Positions 18,559-26,549 of a DNA stretch of 43,065 bases are shown in pieces. Both the position numbers and the translations under genes were made by a program. The stretch comes from an uncultured Acidimicrobiales bacterium (GTDB lineage: Bacteria; Actinomycetota; Acidimicrobiia; Acidimicrobiales; Hopanoidiivorantaceae), in the NCBI GenBank assembly GCA_964514465.1, contig CAZERQ010000053.1, forward strand, positions 1-43,065. The letters run 5' to 3'. Below the pieces are notes generated by a model. The model did no database searches. It was given only the letters and a program-made list of their open reading frames with translations, and was not told the origin of the DNA. Numbering within the stretch: position 1 is the first letter of the stretch; the number at the start of each line of letters is the position of its first letter.

Positions 18559-20045
18559 CCACCCAACCAAACATTCTGCTGATCGTTTCAGACGAGGAGC
18601 GCCGCAACGACTGGCTGGCCGGCAAGGTTTCGCTGCCCGCGCATGAGCGCCTCGCAGCTGACGGCCTCAGCTTCAACCATTACTACACCCACTCCTCGCC
18701 CTGCTCGCCTTCCCGGGCCAGCTTATATACGGGCCAGTATCTGGCCGACCACGGGGTGGTGGACAACGTCAGCTTTCCGGCCCACACTGCGCTCAACCCC
18801 GACATCCCCACGGTCGGCTCGCTGCTGGGGCAGGCGGGCTATCGGTCGTCCTATCTGGGCAAGTGGCATCTGTCGCACAGCCCCCAACCCGACATGTCCG
18901 CCCATGGCTACAGCGACTGGGCCGGCTCTGACCAGCATTTCACCGGCGGCCCCTGGAGCGGGCGCAAGTTCGATCCCGTGATTGCCGAACAAGCCGTCGG
19001 CTGGCTGCGACAGCACGGCGCTGGCGACACCCCCTGGTTTTTGACCGTGGCGCTGGTCAACCCGCACGACATCATGTGGTATCCGATCGACCACCTGTCA
19101 TATCAGGAACAACATCCAGATGACGTGGCGGCGTTTCGGTTCATGATTGACTACATGCTCAAGGGCATTGACCTGACCGCCCCGCCGGAGGACTACCCCG
19201 AGCTGTTTGACTCTTTGCCGGAGAATTTCGAGGACGACCTGCACACCAAACCGGAGGTTCAGCGGGCTTGGCGCACCGTGCGCAACAACGAACATTTTGT
19301 GGGGTCGATGTCGCTGGACGACCACCGCTCCTGGTTGCGCCAGCTTGACTATTATGCCTGGCTGCATGAGCGACTTGACGACAGCCTGCAGAGCATTCTG
19401 GGGTGCCTGGACGAATTGGGCATCTATGACGACACCACCATTTTGTATACCTCCGACCACGGTGACGCCTGCGGTTCGCACGGCTTGCGGGCCAAGCTGC
19501 CTTGCGTCTATGAGGAAGTCATGGGCGTGCCGCTGATCGCCAAGCCGGGCGGCGGCTTCGAGTTTGCCGGCCAGCACACCGACGCACTGGCAACCCACGT
19601 GGATCTGGCGGCCACCATCTGTTCTATGGGCGGGCTCAGCTTGTCGGATCTGCCGTCAGTTGCGGGCAAGGATCTGTCGCCGTTGCTGTCCGACCCAAGT
19701 GCCAAGATCAGGGATTGGGTGTTCTTCTCCCAGGACAGCGCGCAGTCGGATCTGATCAGCAACTGCCGCTATTCAGTCAGGGGCTTCTTTGACGGCACCA
19801 CCAAATATGCCCGCTATTTCGGCATCGGCGGCGGGATAAGACGAGCGGGCGAAGCGACCAACGAGCAGAAGCTGTTCGGCGCCGACGCCGACTTCGACGA
19901 CCACGACCACGAATGGTATGACCTGAGCGAGGACCCCCACGAACTTGAGAACAAGGCCCACCTGCGCTCCAACCGCAACCAGCTGCGCCAGCTGTTTGAC
20001 CAGCTCCTGGAGATTGAATCCCAGGAGTTGCGCAACGCCGGCTAG
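18555..20045 (+). CDS. Sulfatase (formylglycine type), apparently cytoplasmic
   Basis: PNILLIVSDE, CSPSRASLYTG, GKWHL, NPHD and SDHG. ATG overlaps the REase stop (ATGA); no obvious signal peptide. Confidence 0.92.
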   Translation: MTTQPNILLIVSDEERRNDWLAGKVSLPAHERLAADGLSFNHYYTHSSPCSPSRASLYTGQYLADHGVVDNVSFPAHTALNPDIPTVGSLLGQAGYRSSYLGKWHLSHSPQPDMSAHGYSDWAGSDQHFTGGPWSGRKFDPVIAEQAVGWLRQHGAGDTPWFLTVALVNPHDIMWYPIDHLSYQEQHPDDVAAFRFMIDYMLKGIDLTAPPEDYPELFDSLPENFEDDLHTKPEVQRAWRTVRNNEHFVGSMSLDDHRSWLRQLDYYAWLHERLDDSLQSILGCLDELGIYDDTTILYTSDHGDACGSHGLRAKLPCVYEEVMGVPLIAKPGGGFEFAGQHTDALATHVDLAATICSMGGLSLSDLPSVAGKDLSPLLSDPSAKIRDWVFFSQDSAQSDLISNCRYSVRGFFDGTTKYARYFGIGGGIRRAGEATNEQKLFGADADFDDHDHEWYDLSEDPHELENKAHLRSNRNQLRQLFDQLLEIESQELRNAG

Positions 20046-20065
20046 AAAACCAAAGAAACAAAAAG

Positions 20066-21271
20066 CTACAGCCGGATCAGTTGGCCTTCCCACAACTGCT
20101 TGCAAAAATCCTGATAGGGCAACACCAGAATGCCATCGTCCAACTTCATGGCCCGCGGCGCTCGGCACACCACAATGCGCGTCTCAAAACTGGAGTATTT
20201 CTTGTGGAGCGCGCGCAAACCCTTCAGGTGATGTCCTGAGATGGTCTGGCTTGATTTGGCTTCGATGGCCAGCCAGTCGCCCACCAGAAAATCCACTTCA
20301 GGCCCGTTGTGTTGCCCCCAATATGAAAGCCGGTTGCCCTGTCTCATGGGCGGATTGTTATATGCCAGATAGGTGGATAGCTCGTGGAACACCCAATTCT
20401 CAAAGGCCTTGCCAAAGTCCTGTGAACCCCCTTCGACAACCTCTCCCCTTTGCGCCAAAAAATTGACCATCCCAACATCGCAGAAATAAAACTTGGGCGA
20501 CATGACTTCGCGCCCCTTGGGTTTCTTGCTGAAGGACGGCAACCACTGACCCAGCTTGGTGTCTTCCAAAATTTCAAAATAGTTCTTCACGGTTTTTTCA
20601 TTTACGGAGCATTCGCTGGCGATATTTGAAATGGTGACTCCGCTGGCATCGCGCAGCGCGGCAGCATCCAAGAAATTCCTGAACCTCGGCAAGTTTCTAA
20701 CCAGCCCTTCCTGCGCTACCTCCTGGCGCAGATAATCTCCCACATAGGAATTGAGATAGTCCTGGGAGCTTTCCGACTGATAGGCAGCCGGGAAATACCC
20801 CGCATTGAGGATTCGCTGCAGATTAAAATCGGCACCCAACTCCCCGGAAGCCATGCCCCGCAGATCATAGCGCCGTCCGCGGCCGCCCAGGAGATTGCCG
20901 CCTTGGCGAATCAACTTTATGGGGCTGGAACTGCAAAGCGCAAACTTGTAGCCCCTGTTTTCCATCATCCAATGGACTTCGCTGAGCAGACCCGGCACAG
21001 CTTGAATTTCATCAATCACAATTTGCGTGTCGGCCGAAGGCGGATTGGCTTCCAGCTCAAGTCGGAGGCTTTCAGGATTTTGGCTGTATTGGGAGAAGTT
21101 GTTGCTCAAAAGCAGATCCACCCAGACATTTTCGCCCTCCGGGTAGCGTTGCCTGAGCAGGGTGCTTTTGCCAACTTGACGGGGCCCCCAGAGAAAAAAA
21201 CTTTCTTGGCCCGGCTCGGGCAGATCCAGTGCGCGCTGATACATTCCCGCATGCTGATTCATACCCATCAT
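20066..21271 (-). CDS. AAA_14 ATPase with C-terminal DUF4143 (nuclease-like) domain
   Basis: GPRQVGKST (Walker A), IVIDEIQ (Walker B), PKFYFCDVG, FENWV and EVDFL...IEAKS. AT-richer. Confidence 0.88.
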   Translation of the reverse strand: MMGMNQHAGMYQRALDLPEPGQESFFLWGPRQVGKSTLLRQRYPEGENVWVDLLLSNNFSQYSQNPESLRLELEANPPSADTQIVIDEIQAVPGLLSEVHWMMENRGYKFALCSSSPIKLIRQGGNLLGGRGRRYDLRGMASGELGADFNLQRILNAGYFPAAYQSESSQDYLNSYVGDYLRQEVAQEGLVRNLPRFRNFLDAAALRDASGVTISNIASECSVNEKTVKNYFEILEDTKLGQWLPSFSKKPKGREVMSPKFYFCDVGMVNFLAQRGEVVEGGSQDFGKAFENWVFHELSTYLAYNNPPMRQGNRLSYWGQHNGPEVDFLVGDWLAIEAKSSQTISGHHLKGLRALHKKYSSFETRIVVCRAPRAMKLDDGILVLPYQDFCKQLWEGQLIRL

Positions 21272-21565
21272 TTTAGGGGATTATCAGCTTATTTCCAGTT
21301 TTTTTGAAAAAATCAGTATAAGCACTCCGGAATTTGCGCAAAACCCGGTAGTAAGGCGGTGGAATACGACGTTTCGGCTGGTTTTCTAGACGGGCTCCCC
21401 AGGCAGGTTCGCCGGACGATCCAAGCAAGTTCGCCGGGCGAGTAGCGCCATCGCCAACTCGTTAGCCCGTCCACCAGACCATCACGACTAGCAATTTTTT
21501 CGGGTTGCTACAGCAGCACAACCCAGCACCCATCCACCAAATCCATTGAAAAATCAGACAATTGC

Positions 21566-21593
21566 CAAAAATGTCAGACCCCCACATTAATAT
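21566..21593 (+). promoter_or_regulatory. RecA-NDp/PafBC-like promoter, copy 2
   Basis: TGTCAG (21572-21577), N10, TAATAT (21588-21593), 6 nt before ATG 21600. Fits TGTCRG-N10-TANNNT. Confidence 0.65.
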
Positions 21594-21599
21594 AGTCAT

Positions 21600-22634
21600 A
21601 TGGAAGACACAATGACAAAGGCCAACAAACTTGACCACCCGAAGCCAAGTCGCCGCGGGCCAGACTACCGCGAGCCAGAGTGTCGCGGGCTAGACCACCG
21701 CGAGCCAGACCAATCCAGAATTATTTTGGGGGATGTCCTGGACGTTCTCGATAGCCTGGGAACCCAGGCAAAATTCGATGTGGTCATTGCCGACCCGCCC
21801 TACAACATCGGAAAAAACTTCGGAAACAATGACGACCAGATGGAGTTGGCCGACTATGTCGCATGGTCGCAACAATGGCTTGACCGTTGTTTTGATGTGC
21901 TGGAGGACCATGGGCTGATCTATGTCTATGGATTCCCTGAAATCCTGTCTCATCTGGCCGTCAAATTTCCTGTTGGCGAACAGCGCTGGCTAGTTTGGCA
22001 CTACACCAACAAAGCCGTGCCGTCTTCCAAATTCTGGCAGCGCTCCCACGAATCGATTTTGTGCCTGTGGAAGCCGGGCAACAGGCGGCCCGCTTTGGAG
22101 GTTGATCAAATCAGGGTTCCCTACACCAGCAATTATCTGAAGTGTGCCGGACGGGAACGAGCTGCCACCGCCAGTCGTTTCGGAGGCAAGAATGGCAGGG
22201 TCACCACATACCGAGCCCACGCAAACGGAGCTTTGCCCCGCGATGTCATCTCTGTCCCGGCGCTGGCTGGTGGGGCGGGAGCGGTTGAAAGGTGGTTCTT
22301 GTGCCGGGACTGTGGAGATCGGGTTTTTTCTCCATCGGAAACCGGTGAACACAAATCGCATGACGTGCTCAAGCACCCAACTCAAAAGCCGATGGAGCTA
22401 ACGCGGCAACTTTTGCTTTCCCGGATTGAAGGGCCCCGAATTGAAGGACAGGGGGGAAGTGTTTTGATTCCGTTTGCCGGCTCTGGATCAGAATGTGTGG
22501 TGGCCCGGGATTTGGGGGCGAATTTTCTGGGGATCGAAATGAACCCGGAATTTGTTGCGCTCGCCAATGGGTGGCTTCAGCATCCGCTCACCGACAGCGA
22601 ACAGCTTGAGAGCGAGATGCTATGTATCGCCTGA
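21600..22634 (+). CDS. DNA amino-methyltransferase, beta-class, with CxxC-x12-HxxH insertion
   Basis: DPPY, HPTQKP and IPFAGSGS. The segment CRDCGDRVFSPSETGEHKSH lies just before HPTQKP. 30-bp repeats at the 5' end (21633-21710). Confidence 0.92.
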   Translation: MEDTMTKANKLDHPKPSRRGPDYREPECRGLDHREPDQSRIILGDVLDVLDSLGTQAKFDVVIADPPYNIGKNFGNNDDQMELADYVAWSQQWLDRCFDVLEDHGLIYVYGFPEILSHLAVKFPVGEQRWLVWHYTNKAVPSSKFWQRSHESILCLWKPGNRRPALEVDQIRVPYTSNYLKCAGRERAATASRFGGKNGRVTTYRAHANGALPRDVISVPALAGGAGAVERWFLCRDCGDRVFSPSETGEHKSHDVLKHPTQKPMELTRQLLLSRIEGPRIEGQGGSVLIPFAGSGSECVVARDLGANFLGIEMNPEFVALANGWLQHPLTDSEQLESEMLCIA

Positions 22635-23218
22635 CTCCGAACATGCTGCAGGAATTTGAGCGGAGCCTGCGCGAGTTTCACAATCTATTTGACGGAAACC
22701 GCTGCAGTGGCTGGCAACTGGAGGAATTAATCGTCAAGGCGATACGATCCGACAACACAGCCAGCCACCATGCCATATGGAAAGAGGGTGGCCATGACAT
22801 CGCGGCCGACATAGTCGTGCGCGTCAACGGGAATGAGCATGAGCTGCAGATCAAATCAGGGCAGATTGTCAGCCGCGGCAAGTGCCTGCAGATCTCCGGC
22901 TACCGCTTGGGAAGGTTCGACGGAGACCTGGCTGGGATTTCTAATTTCCTGAATCAGCCCAGAGCCAACATAAATGCCACACCATACAAAAAACTTGACG
23001 GCGACACTGGGCGACGCCATAGCTACACCTTTTGCTATATCGACAGCAGCCACCTGCAGGGCCTAGGTTCGACAAACTGGGAAAAACATGGGAAACAATG
23101 GATACAGACCAATGCTGCCGGTGTGAAATTCTCACTTCGGCCAACACAGAGTTGGCAAATCTGGTGGGACATCCCTATGGCTTTGGCGGAACAAGCACGA
23201 GTTATCGAGATCAATTAA
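22622..23218 (+). CDS. Putative restriction endonuclease (PD-(D/E)xK-like, QxK variant)
   Basis: Overlaps the MTase stop by 13 nt. A helix with LEE, then ADIVV...ELQIKSG spaced like a PD-(D/E)xK core. Same AT-richer composition. Family not recognised. Confidence 0.6.
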   Translation: MYRLTPNMLQEFERSLREFHNLFDGNRCSGWQLEELIVKAIRSDNTASHHAIWKEGGHDIAADIVVRVNGNEHELQIKSGQIVSRGKCLQISGYRLGRFDGDLAGISNFLNQPRANINATPYKKLDGDTGRRHSYTFCYIDSSHLQGLGSTNWEKHGKQWIQTNAAGVKFSLRPTQSWQIWWDIPMALAEQARVIEIN

Positions 23219-23285
23219 TCTGGCGGTTTCGCATAGCTAGCCATCCCCCGCTAACCGATAGCTAGTTCACTCCATAAACCGTAAA

Positions 23286-24218
23286 CTAGCCAACTCCATA
23301 AACCGGCGCGGGTGGTGGCGCCTCAGAGATTGACTGATGCACCGCCGCGGCTATCTCATCCACCCCGAATGCCCGCCCCGGCTCGGGCGCCTTCACAACC
23401 GGCCCGTGCTGCCAGCCGTCGCACACGTTCAACTCGCCCCCGGTGATCTCGAACATGCGCCCGCTGACATCGCAGCCAGCCGAACCCAGCCACACCACCA
23501 AAGGCGAAGCGTTGGCCGGATCCTTTTCGTCAAAACCGCCCTGGGCCACATCCTCGCTGGAGTAGATCACGCCCTCGGTCATGCGGGTGCGCGCATCGGG
23601 GGCGATGGCGTTGACCAGCACACCATAGCGACCCCACTCGGCGGCCTGCTGAACGGTCAAGGTCGCGATGCCGGCTTTGGCGGCGGCATAGTTGCCCTGT
23701 CCGATCGAACCCATCAGCCCGGCGCCCGAGCTGGTGTTGACCAGACGGGCCACGACCTCCTCACCTGCCTTGGAGCGATCCCGCCAATGCGCCACCGCAT
23801 GACGGGCCGGCGCAAAATGCCCTTTCAGATGCACTCGTATGACCGCATCCCACTCCTCCTCGCTGGTGTTGGCCAGCATACGGTCGCGCAAAAACCCGGC
23901 GTTACACACCAGCGTGTCCAGCCGCCCCCACAGCTCAACGGCCTGGTCGACCATGGCCTTGGCCTGATCCCAGTCGGCCACGTCAGCCCCATTGGTTTCG
24001 GCCTGGCCGCCCATGGCTCGGATTTCAGCCACCACCTCGTCGGCAGGTGAAACCTCGTCTGGCGAGGCATCGTCTGACTGCTCGCCCTGTCGGCCCACGC
24101 CCAGGTCGTTCACCAGCACTTTGGCGCCCTGGCGAGCGAATTCCAGCGCGTGCGCCCGGCCCAGACCGCGCCCGGCGCCGGTCACAATGACCACCCGATC
24201 TTCACACATTCCGGCCAC
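23286..24218 (-). CDS. SDR family oxidoreductase, Rv3548c-like (steroid catabolism)
   Basis: TGAGRGLG, NAGFLRDRM, VHLKGHF, SSGAGLMGSIGQGNYAAAK and ARTRMTE. GTG 24218 has a GGAG upstream; alternatives are 24242 and 24209. Confidence 0.88.
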   Translation of the reverse strand: MAGMCEDRVVIVTGAGRGLGRAHALEFARQGAKVLVNDLGVGRQGEQSDDASPDEVSPADEVVAEIRAMGGQAETNGADVADWDQAKAMVDQAVELWGRLDTLVCNAGFLRDRMLANTSEEEWDAVIRVHLKGHFAPARHAVAHWRDRSKAGEEVVARLVNTSSGAGLMGSIGQGNYAAAKAGIATLTVQQAAEWGRYGVLVNAIAPDARTRMTEGVIYSSEDVAQGGFDEKDPANASPLVVWLGSAGCDVSGRMFEITGGELNVCDGWQHGPVVKAPEPGRAFGVDEIAAAVHQSISEAPPPAPVYGVG

Positions 24219-24234
24219 GCCCGCGCTCCGTTTG

Positions 24235-24290
24235 TCCGTCAACCCGTCTGCCCGTCAACCCGTCAAACCGTCAACCCGTCTGCCCGTCAA
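24235..24290. repeat. 8-bp microsatellite (CCCGTCAA/CCCGTCTG) x7
   Basis: Seven contiguous 8-mers between the ltp3-like stop and the SDR start. Confidence 0.9.
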
Positions 24291-24306
24291 ACCCGCCACC
24301 CGCGCC

Positions 24307-25467
24307 TTAACCGAAGCTCGGGTTCAGCTCGCTCGACACCAGCCACATGGCAAAATACTGAGCCGCCCCGCCATAGGCATGGCCCACCGCAACCTTGGCG
24401 CCCTCCACCTGATATTCCCCGGCCGTGCCGCGCACCTGGTTGGCCGCCTCCAAGCAGCGGATCATGCCAGACGCCCCGATGGGATTGGACGACAGCACCC
24501 CGCCCGAGGGGTTCACCGGGAAGTCGCCGCCCAATGCCGTGGCCCCCTCATCGGTCATCTTCCAGCCCTCGCCCACCTCGGCAATGGAATGTCCCTCCAA
24601 CCACATCGGCTCATACCAGCTGAACGGCACATACAACTCGGCGGCATCAATCTGGCGGCGCGGGTCGGTGATGCCCGCCTTCTTATACAGCGCAGCCGAA
24701 CACTCCACCCCCGCCTGCGGCCGCACCGGATCGCGCCCCGGGAACTGGCTGAACTCGGTGCGCTTGGCGTGCGAAATCACCCAGGCCGGAGTGCGGCCGC
24801 TCTTGCGCACACCCTCCTGGTTGGTCAGCACCATCGCCGCCGCCCCGTCAGAGGACGGACACGACTCCAAAAAGTGAATCGGATCCCACAGCATGGGCGA
24901 CTCCTTGACCTGATCCACGCTGATGTCGGGCAGATGCAGATGGGCATAGGGGTTCTTCAGCGCGTTCTGGCGATCCTTGACGGCGATCATCCAGCCGATG
25001 TGCTCGGGCGCCTGGCTGCGGCGGATGTATTCCCGGATCCAGGGAGCAAACGTGCCGCCCGCGCCCTGCCCGCCGCTGCGCCCGCCCGACAGCGTCCAGG
25101 TCGCGTTGCCTTCGGACTGCTTCTCATAGCCCACCGTCAGAACCGTGTTATACAGGCCCGACTCAACGATGGTGGCTGCCGAAACCGCGGTGGATGCGCC
25201 CACCGAACCGGCCGTGTGGACCCGATAGATGGTCTTGCCCACCGCGCCCAGCGCATCGCACAGGCTCAGCTCGGGCATCATCACCCCCTCAAGTGCGTCG
25301 GGCGCCTTGCCGATGACGATGGCGTCCAGATCCGAAAAGTCGACCCCGGCATCCTCCATGGCCCGCAGCGCCGCCTCGCGCACCAAGCCGTCAAGCGACA
25401 CGTCTGAGCGCTGCTTTTTGTATTTGGTCTGGCCCACGCCGATCACGGCACTCGCAACTGCCATCAC
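24307..25467 (-). CDS. ltp3: Thiolase-fold protein, Ltp3-like
   Basis: GKAPDALEGVMMPE, RVHTAGSVG, YVPFSWYEPMWLE, NPSGGVLSSNPIGASG and GHAYGG match recalled Rv3523; synteny with ltp4 and an Rv3521-like gene. Confidence 0.85.
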   Translation of the reverse strand: MMAVASAVIGVGQTKYKKQRSDVSLDGLVREAALRAMEDAGVDFSDLDAIVIGKAPDALEGVMMPELSLCDALGAVGKTIYRVHTAGSVGASTAVSAATIVESGLYNTVLTVGYEKQSEGNATWTLSGGRSGGQGAGGTFAPWIREYIRRSQAPEHIGWMIAVKDRQNALKNPYAHLHLPDISVDQVKESPMLWDPIHFLESCPSSDGAAAMVLTNQEGVRKSGRTPAWVISHAKRTEFSQFPGRDPVRPQAGVECSAALYKKAGITDPRRQIDAAELYVPFSWYEPMWLEGHSIAEVGEGWKMTDEGATALGGDFPVNPSGGVLSSNPIGASGMIRCLEAANQVRGTAGEYQVEGAKVAVGHAYGGAAQYFAMWLVSSELNPSFG

Positions 25468-26549
25468 GCATCACCGCCTTCCAGCAGGCACAGCAGGTTC
25501 TGTTGCAGACATGGGCCGCTCGATGCGTGCGCGACGCCCCGGCCGGCATGTCCCGCCGCGATGCGGTTGGCCACCTCGATCACGCGCACCAGACCGGTCG
25601 CCATGACCGGATGTCCGGCCAGCGGCCCGCCCGACGGATTGACCACGCAGCTGTCTGGCAGGTCCAGCTCCCGGCGCAAGATGATCTCCTCGGGGCTGTA
25701 GTTGACGCTCAGCTCGGCGATGTCCAGCGGCGCGCCCGGCGACCCGCCAATTATTCCCAACCGCTCGGCCGCTGTCCGCGTGGAAACCGACCGGGTCAGG
25801 TCGCGCAAACCGAAGTGATGCGACTCCATGCGATGGTCGATGCCCCGGATCCAGACCGGGTTGTCACACAGGTCGCCGGCCACTTCAGCCGAAGCGATGA
25901 TCACCGCGGCGGCGCCGTCCGAGATGGGAGGCAGGTCGTGCTTGCGCAGCGGCTCGCAGAAATACGGCTCAGCCAGCAGCTCCTGGGGGCTCTTGTCATA
26001 GGCCAGCTGCGCGTTGGGATTATGCAGCGCGTCCCGGCGGCTGCGCGACACCACCTGGGCGAAATCCTCTTCGCTGGCCACGCCCTGATCCAGCATGGCC
26101 CGAGCCGCCAGCCCCGCGGTCGAAACCGGATCCAAACCCAGCGGCGCGTAAAAATATGGATCGGTCTGCAACGGGAACACCTCACGGGGCCGCCCGGGCG
26201 AGGACTTGCCCGAACCCGACACCAGCACAGTGTTGATGTCGCCGTGCTGCAGTCGAACCCAGCCCTCAAACAGCGCCCAGGCCGCGTCCATCTCCACATG
26301 GTTCTCATAAATCGGCGGCCAGGCCCCGACCCCGTCCAAGTTGGAGACGAAGGCGAACGGCATGCCCGACAGATAGTCGCAGCTGCCCGCGATGGTGAAG
26401 TCGATGTCGTGGCGATCCATGCCAACCTTGGAGATGACATCGTTGGCGCAGCTCATGATCAGCGACACTTCGGTGTCCATATGGCAGCGATACGACGGGG
26501 TCTGCGAAGTCGCCACGATGGCCACATCGACAGGCGGTGAGATGGCCAT
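25464..26549 (-). CDS. ltp4: Thiolase-fold protein, Ltp4-like
   Basis: GSCDYLSG, HVEMDAAWALFE, QTDPY, NPSGGPL and HASSGPCLQQNL match recalled Rv3522. 4-nt overlap with ltp3. Confidence 0.85.
   Translation of the reverse strand: MAISPPVDVAIVATSQTPSYRCHMDTEVSLIMSCANDVISKVGMDRHDIDFTIAGSCDYLSGMPFAFVSNLDGVGAWPPIYENHVEMDAAWALFEGWVRLQHGDINTVLVSGSGKSSPGRPREVFPLQTDPYFYAPLGLDPVSTAGLAARAMLDQGVASEEDFAQVVSRSRRDALHNPNAQLAYDKSPQELLAEPYFCEPLRKHDLPPISDGAAAVIIASAEVAGDLCDNPVWIRGIDHRMESHHFGLRDLTRSVSTRTAAERLGIIGGSPGAPLDIAELSVNYSPEEIILRRELDLPDSCVVNPSGGPLAGHPVMATGLVRVIEVANRIAAGHAGRGVAHASSGPCLQQNLLCLLEGGDA

Noticed and set aside
17130-23285. Defence islet as a discrete mobile element
   Set aside because: No integrase or transposase and no terminal repeats seen. 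It contains a host-like sulfatase, and the 24-bp duplication at 23262/23286 is adjacent rather than flanking.
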